This document shows positions 18,283 through 28,407 of a stretch of 64,000 bases of DNA, one piece after another. The position numbers and the translations under genes were made by a program. Source of the DNA: a virus. The notes beneath the pieces are model-generated. The model was not told the DNA's origin. It was given only the letters and a program-made list of their open reading frames with translations, and searched no databases. The stretch is taken from positions 7,847 through 71,846 of the IMG/VR virus record IMGVR_UViG_3300027965_000004; one strand, 5' to 3'. Position 1 is the stretch's first letter; every line of letters begins with the position of its first letter.

Positions 18283-18312
18283 TTGACCCCGGCCGCCGCG
18301 CCGTGCTATGCT
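18283..18312 (+). promoter_or_regulatory. promoter class A (TTGACC-N18-TATGCT), probably leaderless to ATG 18320
   Basis: -10 lies 7 nt before the ATG; near-identical to the 39183 promoter. Confidence 0.65.
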
Positions 18313-18319
18313 CGCCGGC

Positions 18320-20053
18320 ATGGTTGCGACGGCGACACACACCGAGGGTCCGGCAGGCCAGAGCGCCCCCCGCGCTTTCGGCGGCCCGGACCGCCCCGCG
18401 CCGGCCGGCAAGATGGCCCGCGTCCGTAACGTCGAGGTCTTCGCCGTCGGCCAGCACAAGGGCAAGACCTACACCGAGCAAGACCTGCAAGACATGGTGG
18501 ACAACTTCCACCGCTTCAAGGGGATGCTCGACCCCTCGGCCGTCATCGGCCACGAGGAAGAGGCCGAGGGCGGCCAACCCCTGGTCGAAGACGAAGACGG
18601 CCGGCCCGACCCGGATCTGACGGCCGGCATCGACAACAGCGGCACGCCGGCCGTCGGCTGGATCGCCGACCTCCGCAAGCGCGGCCCGTCCCTGTACGCC
18701 GACATCGAGGGCGTCCCGCCCTCAATCGCCAAACTCATCAACGGCCGCGCCTACAAGAAGGTGTCCGCCGAGGTCTACGACCACCCCGAGGCGGCCGGAC
18801 TCAAGGGCACGGGCAAGGTCTTCCGCCGGGTGGCGTTATTGGGCGGCGAACTCCCCCAGATCAAACGGTTGTCCGATTTGCCCCTGGCCGAATACGGCGA
18901 GTATACTCCACGGGACCGTTACCGCCGTGCGGCCGCCCGCTTCAGCCGCGTCGTGCTCAAGTTCTCCGAAATCAAGACCCCCTCCCGGCGCGCCCCGGCC
19001 GGTATTCACACCTGCTTTTTCGAGGTTACGAAACACATGGATCGCCAAGCGATGCTCGATTTCCTGGCCGGCCAGGGCGTGGACATCTCCCAGATCACCG
19101 AGGCCGTGCCGGACGAGGCCTTGATGGAGATCGTCAAGGCGTGGCAGAGCCAGGCCAGCCAGGACGTCAACGGCGACCAGGCGGCCGACCACGCCGACCA
19201 TCCGCGCGGCGACGATGACGACGGCGACGACGACAACTGCCCGCCCGAAAACCGCTTCGACCAGGACCCCGGCGAAAAGGCCATGTGGGCCAAGGTGGAC
19301 GAGTCCGGCACCGTCCGCAAGGCCGGCGGCCGGTACAGCCCCAAGCGCATGGCCAAGAAGGGTTGGCCGCCGTCCAAGCCCAAGAAAAACGCCGATGGTT
19401 TTGACGAGACGGACCCCGCGATGGACAACACCGCCGCCATGGCCGACGGCACCGGCGTCGGCAACAACACGCCCCAGACCAACTGTGAGCCCGGCCGCGG
19501 CCAGATGGGCGAAGGCCCCAAGCAGGACCAACCCCTGACCGACGGCGGCCCGGTCGCCACCGCCGCGGCCCCGGTCACGGCCGCCATCCACCCGCAAACG
19601 CCACCCCGCCACCCGGAGCAAGTCGTGATTAAGTACAGCGAAGACCTCAAGGCCCTGCGTGCCCAGCACGCGGCCCTCGAAGCCCAGATCAAGGGCCTGA
19701 CCAAGTTCGCCGAGGAGCGCACCCAGGCCGACAAGCGCGCCCTGATCAAGACGCGCCTGGAAAACCTCGTCACCCAGGGCAAGGTCCTGCCCGCCCAGCG
19801 CGAGCGCCTGGAGGGCATCCTGTTCGCCGCCGACAGCGGCACCGTGATGAAGTTCTCGGAGGGCGGCAAGGAAGTCCAGGGCACCATGCTCGACCGCCTC
19901 TTCGCCATGCTGGAGGCCGGCCCGAACCTGGTCAAGTTCGCCGAACAGGTCCGCCAGCCCGACGCCGCCAAGGTGTCCGCCGACCGCAAGCAGGAACTGT
20001 TGGCCGCGACGCCGATGGGCCGGCACATCCTGGCCCAGCGCGCCGGCAAGTAA
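18320..20053 (+). CDS. prohead protease/scaffold (Mu gpI-like)
   Basis: VIGH, PAVGWI, YKKVSAE, VALLG..P.IK; coiled-coil C-terminus with GKVLPAQ. Confidence 0.85.
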   Translation: MVATATHTEGPAGQSAPRAFGGPDRPAPAGKMARVRNVEVFAVGQHKGKTYTEQDLQDMVDNFHRFKGMLDPSAVIGHEEEAEGGQPLVEDEDGRPDPDLTAGIDNSGTPAVGWIADLRKRGPSLYADIEGVPPSIAKLINGRAYKKVSAEVYDHPEAAGLKGTGKVFRRVALLGGELPQIKRLSDLPLAEYGEYTPRDRYRRAAARFSRVVLKFSEIKTPSRRAPAGIHTCFFEVTKHMDRQAMLDFLAGQGVDISQITEAVPDEALMEIVKAWQSQASQDVNGDQAADHADHPRGDDDDGDDDNCPPENRFDQDPGEKAMWAKVDESGTVRKAGGRYSPKRMAKKGWPPSKPKKNADGFDETDPAMDNTAAMADGTGVGNNTPQTNCEPGRGQMGEGPKQDQPLTDGGPVATAAAPVTAAIHPQTPPRHPEQVVIKYSEDLKALRAQHAALEAQIKGLTKFAEERTQADKRALIKTRLENLVTQGKVLPAQRERLEGILFAADSGTVMKFSEGGKEVQGTMLDRLFAMLEAGPNLVKFAEQVRQPDAAKVSADRKQELLAATPMGRHILAQRAGK

Positions 20054-20151
20054 ATCACATCCCTGCCCGCCTCCCCCCTCCCGGCCGCCGGCGCCGGCGG
20101 CCTCGCCCGCCCTTCTTATACACGCCTTTCTTTCTCTGAGGTAATCCACCC

Positions 20152-21243
20152 GTGCCTACGACCGCAACCCTCCGCTGGAAAAACGCCGGCGTCAAGCCGG
20201 CGCTGTATCCGGAACTCGCCCGGATGCAGGCCGTCGCCCTGCCCGCCTCCGTCAACTACGTCGCCGGCACCGTGCTCGGCGAGCTGATCGGCAACAACGC
20301 CGTCAAGACGCTCTCGATCACCGGCGGCCCGACCGGCGGCTACTTCACGGTGTCCTTCAACGGCCTGACCTCGGGCGCCATCGCCTACAACGCCACGGCG
20401 ACCGGCACCGAGACCGGCAACGGCACGCCGGGCACGCCCTACGTCACCGTCCAGGGCGCTCTGAACGCCATGTTCAACAACGCCGTCCAGACCCTGACGG
20501 TGACGGGCGCCACCGGCGGCACCTTCGTCCTCAGCTACAACGGCTTCCAGACCGCCCCCATCGCCTACAACGCCTCCGCGGCCGCCGTGCAGACGGCCTT
20601 GCAAGCGATCTTCGGTTCCGGCAACGTCACCGTGACGGGCGGCCCCCTCAACAGCTCGTCCTGCACGATCACCTGGTCGGGGACCTACGGCAGCCTCACC
20701 CTGGCGGCCCTGACCGTCTACAGCCAGCAGATCCAGGGCGGCACCGTGACCTGCACGGTCACGAACCCGGGCGGCCCGTCCGTCCCGGTGGCCTGCACCG
20801 GCGGCCCGCTGCCCGGCACGGCCGTGACCCTGACCTTCCAGAATGCGCTGGGGTATCAGGCGGTCGGCTCGTTCACCGCCAACAGCAGCAACCTGACCGG
20901 CGGCTCGTCGCCGACCGCATCGGTCGCCAACACGACCGCCGGCAGCGCCGGCACGCCGGGCACCTTCAAGGCCGTCAACCCCAACGCCACCGACGGCAGC
21001 CAGACCGCCAAGGCCATCCTGCCCGTGGACGTGTCGACCGACGTGAACGGCAATATCACGTTTTCGGCCGTCACCAACAACGGCGGCGAGTTCGGCGAGC
21101 TGCAAGCGCTGGTCTACGTCTGGGTCAGCGGCTTCTTCCGCACCCAGGACGTGCCCGGCATCACCGAGTCGATGCTTTTCAACGACCTCAAGGGCCGCTA
21201 CGTCAACGGCGACATCGCCAACGGCGGCGTGTTCCAGTTCTAA
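20152..21243 (+). CDS. head decoration protein with duplicated inserted domain
   Basis: AGTVLG...ATDGSQTAKAIL; two N-A-V-x-TL...GG-x-F..IAYNA repeats. Confidence 0.8.
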   Translation: MPTTATLRWKNAGVKPALYPELARMQAVALPASVNYVAGTVLGELIGNNAVKTLSITGGPTGGYFTVSFNGLTSGAIAYNATATGTETGNGTPGTPYVTVQGALNAMFNNAVQTLTVTGATGGTFVLSYNGFQTAPIAYNASAAAVQTALQAIFGSGNVTVTGGPLNSSSCTITWSGTYGSLTLAALTVYSQQIQGGTVTCTVTNPGGPSVPVACTGGPLPGTAVTLTFQNALGYQAVGSFTANSSNLTGGSSPTASVANTTAGSAGTPGTFKAVNPNATDGSQTAKAILPVDVSTDVNGNITFSAVTNNGGEFGELQALVYVWVSGFFRTQDVPGITESMLFNDLKGRYVNGDIANGGVFQF

Positions 21244-21340
21244 GGCCGGCCCCGCACACCGACACGAGGGGGAGGGTGGCCCGCCCTCCCTAACCCCTTT
21301 CCCCAAATCACTTCCGGTTCTCCTCTGAGGAATCTTTCCC

Positions 21341-22366
21341 GTGCCTACCCAGTACCTCTACCCGACCAACGCCGAGCTGTACGAGATCGAACAGGACCTG
21401 ATCCCGGTGCTCACGGAAGACGACCCCATCTTTCAGATCCTGCCGATGGAAACGGAGGATGCGGATCTCATACTATGGGAACAAGAAGACAACTTTTTTG
21501 GTCTTCAACAGGAGAGAGGCATCAACGGCGCCCCCGGCAAGGTGGACGCCGTGGGCGTCAACCGCTGGCGCCTCCAGCCGGGCTACTACGGCGAGTTCAT
21601 GGAGGTGGACGAACAGGAGTTGACGCGCCGGCGCGAGTTCGGCAGCTTCAACGTGCCCATCAAGATCGACGACCTGGTGCGCCGCCGCCAGGAACAGCTG
21701 CTGGAGCGCGAGCTGAAGCGCGTCAAGTGGATCGGCTGGACCACGATCTGCACCGGGACCTTCACCGTGTCCCTGGGCAACCAGGCCGTGGGCCACACCG
21801 ACACCTTCAACATGCAGCGCTATGCGGCCACGACCACCTGGGCCACCAAGGCGACCGCCACGCCCCTGGCCGACTTCCGGGCCGTGCAGCTCCTGGCCCG
21901 GGGTCACTCGGTTGACTTCGGCGCCCAGGCCACGGCCTACATGAACCGGGCCACCTGGAACAACTTCATCGCCAACACGAACAACGCCGACCTGTTCGGC
22001 CGCCGCACCGCCGGGTTGGCGACCTACGAAAACTTGGACCAGGTGAACAAACTGTTGACCGGCGACGACCTGCCCTCGATCGTCGTCTACGACGGCAACT
22101 ACCTGGACAACAACGGCCAGGTGCAGACCTACATCCCGGCCAACACCGTCGTCGTGGTCGGCGTCCGGCCCAACAAGCGGCCGGTGGGCAACTACGTCAT
22201 GACCCGCAACGTCAACAACGAGAACGGCCAGGCCGGCAGCTACACCATCGTCATCGACAGCCTGAACACCGGCCAGCCCGTGCCGCGCAAGATCTGGGTG
22301 CATAAAGGACATAATGGGGGGCCTAAAGTGGTGTTCCCCTCATCCTTCGTCATCATGTCGGTCTAG
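21341..22366 (+). CDS. major capsid protein (lambda E-like)
   Basis: size and position after decoration gene; ATPLAD, IVVYDG.Y. Confidence 0.85.
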   Translation: MPTQYLYPTNAELYEIEQDLIPVLTEDDPIFQILPMETEDADLILWEQEDNFFGLQQERGINGAPGKVDAVGVNRWRLQPGYYGEFMEVDEQELTRRREFGSFNVPIKIDDLVRRRQEQLLERELKRVKWIGWTTICTGTFTVSLGNQAVGHTDTFNMQRYAATTTWATKATATPLADFRAVQLLARGHSVDFGAQATAYMNRATWNNFIANTNNADLFGRRTAGLATYENLDQVNKLLTGDDLPSIVVYDGNYLDNNGQVQTYIPANTVVVVGVRPNKRPVGNYVMTRNVNNENGQAGSYTIVIDSLNTGQPVPRKIWVHKGHNGGPKVVFPSSFVIMSV

Positions 22367-22481
22367 CGCCCGGTCGCCGCCTGCGCGGCCCCGTCGCCGT
22401 CCGCCCCGGTCGCCGGGGAGAGGGGCGGCGGGGCCTTCGCGGGCCTCCCTTCCCGTTCGCCCGTCTTTTCCCCCAAGGTTT

Positions 22482-22922
22482 ATGGCCGCCAAAGATCAGA
22501 AATACGTGGTCCTGCACAACCAGGTCGGGCACAAGCACGTCAAGGGCGACGTGGTGACCTGGGAGGACCTGGAAGTCGGCGCCCCCGAGGCGATGGAACG
22601 GCTCGTGGACATCAAGGCCGTGCGCCGGGCCACCAACTTCGAGGCCGGCCAGACGCACGTAACGCTCGAAGCCACGCCCACCGCCAGCGTGATCGAGGAA
22701 GAGTTGGCCCAGGCCAGGGAGCGCATCAACCGGCTGGCCGCCGAGCTGGCCGACCGGGACCGCGAGATCCAGGGGCTCAAGGCCCTGCAAAGCGTCCGCC
22801 AACCCGTCCCCGGCAAGCCCGAAGACCAGCAAGCCGCCGCCGTCGCCAACGTCAAGGCGCAGCAGCGCATCATGGAGCTGGAGGCGCAGCTCAAGGATTT
22901 GCAGGGCAAGGTCAAGCGCTAG
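22482..22922 (+). CDS. hypothetical coiled-coil protein
   Basis: follows MCP; typical codon usage. Confidence 0.7.
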   Translation: MAAKDQKYVVLHNQVGHKHVKGDVVTWEDLEVGAPEAMERLVDIKAVRRATNFEAGQTHVTLEATPTASVIEEELAQARERINRLAAELADRDREIQGLKALQSVRQPVPGKPEDQQAAAVANVKAQQRIMELEAQLKDLQGKVKR

Positions 22923-23012
22923 CCGTTCGTCCGGTGCCGCCGGTCGGCTCGATAGGGTGCGCCCCGCCGGACAAGATTTTTTGTACCGACACCAATTCGG
23001 TTGTGGTGGGCC

Positions 23013-23486
23013 ATGGCCTCCGTCTTCCCGCAATTCGTCGCCGACGCGCTCGTCAAGGACCGGCTGGCCAAGCAGCTCAAGCAGGACCCCGCCAACCTGC
23101 CCGACTACTGGGATCAGATCGTCGCCGACGCCCACGAGGCGGCCACCAACGACATCTACGGCGCCTTGCTCGCCCGCGGCTACACCCAGACGCAGATCCA
23201 GTCCTGGGACCGGGGCGCCGAGTTCGAGAAGATGCAGGCGGTCTACTACTGCCTGACCGAAGGCGCCGGCCTGGCCGGCTACGACGACAAGTGGGTCGCC
23301 AAGCTCGACCGCCGCGCCACGCTCAAGACCGTGGCCGTGACCGCCGCCGGCGTCTTCCAGGCCCCGCAGGGCACGTCCGCCGGCGTGGTCGGCTTCGGCT
23401 ACCTGGACGAGGCCCTGACCCAGCGGCCCGGCATTCAGTTGACCGGGGCCGGCTACAAGGACATTAACACCCAAACCCAGTGGTAA
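23013..23486 (+). CDS. putative head-tail adaptor
   Basis: helical, AHEAATNDIYGAL; position. Confidence 0.6.
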   Translation: MASVFPQFVADALVKDRLAKQLKQDPANLPDYWDQIVADAHEAATNDIYGALLARGYTQTQIQSWDRGAEFEKMQAVYYCLTEGAGLAGYDDKWVAKLDRRATLKTVAVTAAGVFQAPQGTSAGVVGFGYLDEALTQRPGIQLTGAGYKDINTQTQW

Positions 23487-23502
23487 TTGCGGGTATTTTA
23501 TA

Positions 23503-24261
23503 ATGGCCCAAAAAACTGATACGCTCAACCAGGTCGGACAACTCTCGGTCGTGCCCAACGGCAACGAGCTGTCCGGCCTCGTGTCCCTGGGTTCGGGGAC
23601 AACCGGCCTCCAAATCGCCTTCGAGAAGACCGCCGACCCGCCCAACGTGCCCGGCACGGCGCAGCGGTGGGTGGTGATGTCCGCGCTGCGGCAGGACGGC
23701 TCGAACACGCTGGAAGCCGGCGGGGTCGCCAGCCCGCCCGCGGCCGGCCAGACCTGGCTGATCGACACGTCCAACTGCGTCCAGTGGCGTATCCGCGTGG
23801 TCGCGCTGACTTCCGGCTCGGCCGGCTATACCGCCGTCACGTCCACCGCCCCGTTCAATACCACGGTGGCGCAGACCACGACCCCGGTGCAGGGCAGCAC
23901 CTTCCGCACCAACGCCGGCAGCGCCGCCCCTGGCCAGACCCTCAAGTCCTTCACCGGCTTCGTGGCCACCAGCGCCAGCGTTGCCACCACGATCAACCTG
24001 GAAACCGTGGCGGCCGGCAAAACGCTGTTCATCACCGACATCTATATTTCCTTCGACAACCAGAGCCAGATCCGCTGCCGCATCCAGGCCGGCGGCGTGG
24101 ACATCTTCCAGGCCATCGCCAAGGGGGACACGAGCCCGATCGAGTTCCCCGGCATTGAGTCCCAGCCGCAAGCCTCATCCGGACAGCAGGTAACGCTGCT
24201 CCTGCCGGTGATCGCCGGGGCGCCCAATTGCGCCTTCTACATAAGTGGCTTCGAACAATAA
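23503..24261 (+). CDS. virion structural protein
   Basis: beta-rich; in neck region. Confidence 0.65.
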   Translation: MAQKTDTLNQVGQLSVVPNGNELSGLVSLGSGTTGLQIAFEKTADPPNVPGTAQRWVVMSALRQDGSNTLEAGGVASPPAAGQTWLIDTSNCVQWRIRVVALTSGSAGYTAVTSTAPFNTTVAQTTTPVQGSTFRTNAGSAAPGQTLKSFTGFVATSASVATTINLETVAAGKTLFITDIYISFDNQSQIRCRIQAGGVDIFQAIAKGDTSPIEFPGIESQPQASSGQQVTLLLPVIAGAPNCAFYISGFEQ

Positions 24262-24279
24262 CCACCAGGTGTATCTCTG

Positions 24280-24648
24280 ATGCCCGTGACCTTCTCCAAT
24301 TTGACCGGCGACGGCGTGACCGTCGCCCAGGTTAAGACTTCGGTGGAACTGCCCGACAGCGGCACGAGCGTGTCGATTTGCGGCACGGTCACGCCCGTCG
24401 CCGGCAGCCCGATCGCGGTGACCGGCTCGCCTTTAACCATGCCGGCCATCCCCGGCTCGGGCACGACCTACTGGAACATCCAGGTGGACGTGACCACGGG
24501 CGCCGCCACGGTGCAGCAGTCGGGCACCGCCGACCCGGCCCCGATCAACGGCAACAACGTGGTGGTGTTCCGCCAGCAGCTCGTGGCCGGCGCCGGCGCC
24601 CCCGACCTCGACCCCGGCGGCCAGGACACCACCCCGGACACCTGGTAG
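24280..24648 (+). CDS. virion structural protein
   Basis: beta-rich; in neck region. Confidence 0.6.
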   Translation: MPVTFSNLTGDGVTVAQVKTSVELPDSGTSVSICGTVTPVAGSPIAVTGSPLTMPAIPGSGTTYWNIQVDVTTGAATVQQSGTADPAPINGNNVVVFRQQLVAGAGAPDLDPGGQDTTPDTW

Positions 24649-24650
24649 CC

Positions 24651-24681
24651 GCTCAACCGCCGGCGCCCCTCCGGTTACGAT
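24651..24681 (+). promoter_or_regulatory. promoter class B (GCTCAACCGC-N15-TACGAT)
   Basis: conserved motif in intergenic gap. Confidence 0.65.
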
Positions 24682-24718
24682 GGGGCCATGATCTCGCCCC
24701 CGCCTTCCGAGGAATCTC

Positions 24719-25171
24719 ATGGCACCCGACGAATTGCAAGTGGCGCTCGGCCGCGCCGAACACCAGGGCTACCAGATCGGTCAGGCCGACCGCACCATCG
24801 GCGAGCAGGGCCAGCGGATTGGTGAGCTGCTCGAGCAGCGCCGGCACCTGGCCGACGATTTGAGGCTGGCCAAGACGCTGCTGGTCGAGGCCCACCGCGA
24901 CATCGGCGTTCTGGCCGACATCCTGGGGAGTGTCCGGGCGCAGCTCAAAGACGAGCCGGAATACGCCCCGCGCGACACCCCGGCCGAGACCTTGGCCAAG
25001 GTCCTTACCCGGCTGAAAAAGGAAGACGCCCGTGCCCGGCGCCAGCGAAACGCTCAGCCTTCAGGGACTCGCCGACTGGGCGAAAAGGGCCGGCGTCAGC
25101 CTGCAAACGGTGTCGTTCGAGCAGCCGCTGAAGGCGTGTCGGTTGCTGGTGATCGCCGGCGTCAAGGATAA
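24719..25171 (+). CDS. hypothetical coiled-coil protein
   Basis: GAGGA RBS. Confidence 0.55.
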   Translation: MAPDELQVALGRAEHQGYQIGQADRTIGEQGQRIGELLEQRRHLADDLRLAKTLLVEAHRDIGVLADILGSVRAQLKDEPEYAPRDTPAETLAKVLTRLKKEDARARRQRNAQPSGTRRLGEKGRRQPANGVVRAAAEGVSVAGDRRRQG

Positions 25172-25613
25172 CTTCAGCGGCCAGCACGCCCCCGACGGTA
25201 CGCCCTGGCGGCCTCTCAAACGCCCGCGCGACCGCGAGCGCGACCGCCGGGCCGCGGCCCGGGGCGGCGTCCAGCAGGTCCTCCGGGACACGGGCATTCT
25301 GCAAGCCTCCGTGACCGCCCAGGGTGCCCGGGGCAATATCGACGAGCTGACCGACCGCCACCTGGTCTTCGGCACGTCGCTGTCCTACGCCGCGGCCCAT
25401 CAGTACGGGGCCCAGGTCGAGCGCCCCGAGCGGACGCGGCCCTACCCGCAGAAGCCGTGGGTCTTTGGCGTGGACGGCCAGACGGTGTTCACCCGCCGGA
25501 TCAAGGCCCACACCGTCACGATCCCCGCCCGGCCCTTCCTGGGGCTCAACGAGCACGTCATCGGCCGGGTGCTCTACGTGTTCGCGGATTTCCTGTCCGG
25601 CCTGGTGCGGTGA
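25032..25613 (+). CDS. virion morphogenesis/tail completion protein (Mu gpG-like)
   Basis: PDGTPWRPLK, LRDTGILQAS, GTSLSYAAAHQYG, IPARPFLG. Confidence 0.88.
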   Translation: MPGASETLSLQGLADWAKRAGVSLQTVSFEQPLKACRLLVIAGVKDNFSGQHAPDGTPWRPLKRPRDRERDRRAAARGGVQQVLRDTGILQASVTAQGARGNIDELTDRHLVFGTSLSYAAAHQYGAQVERPERTRPYPQKPWVFGVDGQTVFTRRIKAHTVTIPARPFLGLNEHVIGRVLYVFADFLSGLVR

Positions 25614-25615
25614 AG

Positions 25616-25921
25616 ATGGCCGTCAAGCGCCTCGGCGAGTTCGCGGAGTGGATGGAGCCGGGCGCCGGGCACGCCGCGTACCTCTACCGGCGCATGGAAA
25701 TGCGCCGCCAGCACGAAGAGGCCGTGCGCGGCGGCTTCGTCTTTGCCCGGGACGTCCGGGTCCGCCGGGAGGGCCCCCGCCTCGTTTCCCGGTGTACGCT
25801 GTACCACGACCCGGACGGGCCGCCGTCGCAGCCGGCGCGGCGGTATCCCCTGTACCTCTGCGACCGAGGCCGCCTCCACCCGATCCGCGAGCGCTGTCTA
25901 TGCCCACCACCCCCACCCTGA
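25616..25921 (+). CDS. hypothetical protein
   Basis: fills gap between tail genes. Confidence 0.45.
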   Translation: MAVKRLGEFAEWMEPGAGHAAYLYRRMEMRRQHEEAVRGGFVFARDVRVRREGPRLVSRCTLYHDPDGPPSQPARRYPLYLCDRGRLHPIRERCLCPPPPP

Positions 25922-26658
25922 CGGTCGCCGACAACGCCAACGCCACCGGCGCCACGGCGACCGTCAGCGGCGCGGACAGCGGCACGACCAACACGGTGTA
26001 CACCGCCGACGTGCGCGCCCTGCAGCTGGGCATCGCCCCGCCGGTGTGGACCGCGCAGGGCTCGCTCACCGGCAACGGCACGCTGGCCCTGCCCGTGCCC
26101 CCGGGCTTTTACTGGGCCTACTGCGCGTCGGTGCTGGCCGGCACGGCGCTGACCGCCCCGCTCTACTTCGCCGCGACCCGCTCAACCCAGGCCATCCTGA
26201 CGCGCATCCGCAACGGCGTGCAGGCCAAGATCCAGGGCCTGGTGTTGTCCGGCAGCGACAGCAATAACAAGCTGTTCACGCTGCCGGCCGCGCAGGTCTA
26301 TGTCCTCCAGTACCCGATGGAGGTCCTGATCAAATACCCCTGCGTGGTCGTCACCTGCGAAGGCGAGCAAGAGGGCGTCAACCCTTCCACCAACGCCACC
26401 ACGGACACGGAATACCCGGTGCGCGTCTTCGTGGCCGACCGCCTGGACGTGCTGGACGAAACGCGGATGAGCGTCTACGAGAAGTGGCGCCAGCAGATGA
26501 TGGAGGCGTTCCGCTCCCAGCGCTTAGCCGGCGTCCCCGAGGTCTATTACACGTCGGTCAGTCCCAAGCTGATCTACGACCCCACCCTGCCCCAGTACCA
26601 GCATCTGGTCTCGGGCTTCACCCTGCGAATGAAGACCCGCGCCCCCCACGCGGGCTGA
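25900..26658 (+). CDS. putative tail terminator with N-terminal extra domain
   Basis: position before tube; KYPCVVV. Confidence 0.6.
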   Translation: MPTTPTLTVADNANATGATATVSGADSGTTNTVYTADVRALQLGIAPPVWTAQGSLTGNGTLALPVPPGFYWAYCASVLAGTALTAPLYFAATRSTQAILTRIRNGVQAKIQGLVLSGSDSNNKLFTLPAAQVYVLQYPMEVLIKYPCVVVTCEGEQEGVNPSTNATTDTEYPVRVFVADRLDVLDETRMSVYEKWRQQMMEAFRSQRLAGVPEVYYTSVSPKLIYDPTLPQYQHLVSGFTLRMKTRAPHAG

Positions 26659-26667
26659 GGATTTCCT

Positions 26668-27714
26668 ATGGCCGCCGTCCCCAGCGTAGGCGTATTGGCT
26701 CAATTCGGCCTGTCCGCGTTCGGCACCGATTCCGTGACGCCCTACGCCCTGGGATCGCCGCCGTCCATCGCCAACGCCTTCGAATTCCTGAACGAATCCC
26801 TGACCACCGAACAAGAAGTGATCCGCACCGAGGGCATCCGGGGCACGCGCCTGCACCCCGCCGAGCGCGTCCGCCAGGGGCGCATCATTCCCGGCGGTTC
26901 GGTGTCGATGCAGCCGACCTATGCGGAGATGGTGCAACTCTTGCCGCGGATCTTCGGCGTCGGCACGGCCAATACCGGCTATACCGTGTATGCCATCGCC
27001 GAGAAGACGGGGCAAGTCACCCTGCCCGCGGGCGTGCCCGGCGGCTCGACCTTCACCTGGTCGAGCCTGCCGCAGTATTTCCGGGCCAGCGTGGACCGCG
27101 TGGCCAAGGTGTACGTCTACGACAACGCCAAGGTGAACCGGGCCACCCTCCGCAGCGCCCCCGGCCAGCCCTTGGACGTGACCCTGGAAATCGAGGCGCT
27201 GACCGAGGCCGTCAACAACGCCGGGACCTTCCCGTCCCTCACCGTCTCGGCCACGGCCCCCTTCGTCTTCCACGACGCGGTGATCACGCTCGGCGGCACC
27301 GTGTACCAGGTCCTGGAGCTGGAGACGACCATCGACTGGCACCTGAAGACCGACCGCTTCGCCAACAGCCAGACGCGGACCGACCTGGTGTCACTCGACT
27401 GCACCGTCGCGACGCGCTTCACCGTGCCCTTCACCTCGGACACGGCGGCCCTGTACAACGCCAGCGCCTGGGCCGGCGGCGTCCCGCAGACCTACCCCTA
27501 CGGCATCACCGGCGTTGCCAATTTCAGCTGGGGCGGCGCCGGGCTGGGGGCCGCGGGCGTCAGCCTGGCCCTCTACTACGGCAACCTGATCTTCCCGGCC
27601 AAGAAGTCCCCCGCCGTCCAGTCCAAGGACGAGATCGGCATGGTGCTGGAGGGCGAGGCCCGCGGCGCCGGCACGGTCACGCCGCTCGCCTGCGTGCTCG
27701 ACTCGACCCCGTAA
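26668..27714 (+). CDS. tail tube (major tail) protein
   Basis: FEFLNESL...GIRGTR, PFVFHD; precedes chaperones and tape measure. Confidence 0.8.
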   Translation: MAAVPSVGVLAQFGLSAFGTDSVTPYALGSPPSIANAFEFLNESLTTEQEVIRTEGIRGTRLHPAERVRQGRIIPGGSVSMQPTYAEMVQLLPRIFGVGTANTGYTVYAIAEKTGQVTLPAGVPGGSTFTWSSLPQYFRASVDRVAKVYVYDNAKVNRATLRSAPGQPLDVTLEIEALTEAVNNAGTFPSLTVSATAPFVFHDAVITLGGTVYQVLELETTIDWHLKTDRFANSQTRTDLVSLDCTVATRFTVPFTSDTAALYNASAWAGGVPQTYPYGITGVANFSWGGAGLGAAGVSLALYYGNLIFPAKKSPAVQSKDEIGMVLEGEARGAGTVTPLACVLDSTP

Positions 27715-27722
27715 GGTGACCC

Positions 27723-27911
27723 ATGCCGGAAGATCTCGTCAACGAAATCGCCCGCTGCCACGCGCTGGGGTATGCCTCCAGCCACGTCCATGCCGTGTTC
27801 CAGACCGAGGGCATAGCCGGGCTCGACCGGCTGATCGCCGCGGCCACACCCGGCCCGGGCCCGGCCGCGGGCGAGGCCGCTCAACCGCCCGCGGAGGCCG
27901 TGGTAGAGTGA
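27723..27911 (+). CDS. small hypothetical protein
   Basis: AAGGTG RBS after tube stop. Confidence 0.45.
   Translation: MPEDLVNEIARCHALGYASSHVHAVFQTEGIAGLDRLIAAATPGPGPAAGEAAQPPAEAVVE
27879..27909 (+). promoter_or_regulatory. promoter class B (GCTCAACCGC-N15-TAGAGT)
   Basis: conserved motif upstream of tail chaperone. Confidence 0.6.
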
Positions 27912-28008
27912 GGGCGCCTTTCGTAATGGCCAAGGGCCGGCGGTTGACAGCGTTGTCCGCCGCTGGCCTTTTTATTTCCCACCAGGATCTACCGACAGGA
28001 AACACCGC

Positions 28009-28407
28009 ATGGCACGCTGGGCACCGATCCGCGACGGCTACACCCGCAAGGGCTTTATCGAGGGCGTCCCGAACCTCTACGCCGAACTCCGCTTCGACTT
28101 CCGGCCCGTGACCACCGAGGAAGGCTCGGACTTCTACGAGCGCGTCGGCCGGCTCAAGTCCTCCGACCAGGACCGCGAGACGGCCAAGCTGATCGCCGGC
28201 AAGGTGGTCCGCTGGTCGGGCGAGGACGTGCGCGAGCCCGGCCGCCCCGACGAGGCCGTGACCGCCAAATTGGCCCTCCAGCTCAACCGCCGGCAGATGC
28301 ACCGCCTGGGCAACGTCATCCTGGGGCAAGAGCCCTCCGACACCGACCCGCGCTGGAGTGCGGAGGAAGCCACCCAGCCCGACGACGGGGCCGACCAAAA
28401 AAACTAG
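28009..28407 (+). CDS. tail assembly chaperone (G)
   Basis: ends ...QKN* on slippery A-AAA-AAC. Confidence 0.8.
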   Translation: MARWAPIRDGYTRKGFIEGVPNLYAELRFDFRPVTTEEGSDFYERVGRLKSSDQDRETAKLIAGKVVRWSGEDVREPGRPDEAVTAKLALQLNRRQMHRLGNVILGQEPSDTDPRWSAEEATQPDDGADQKN

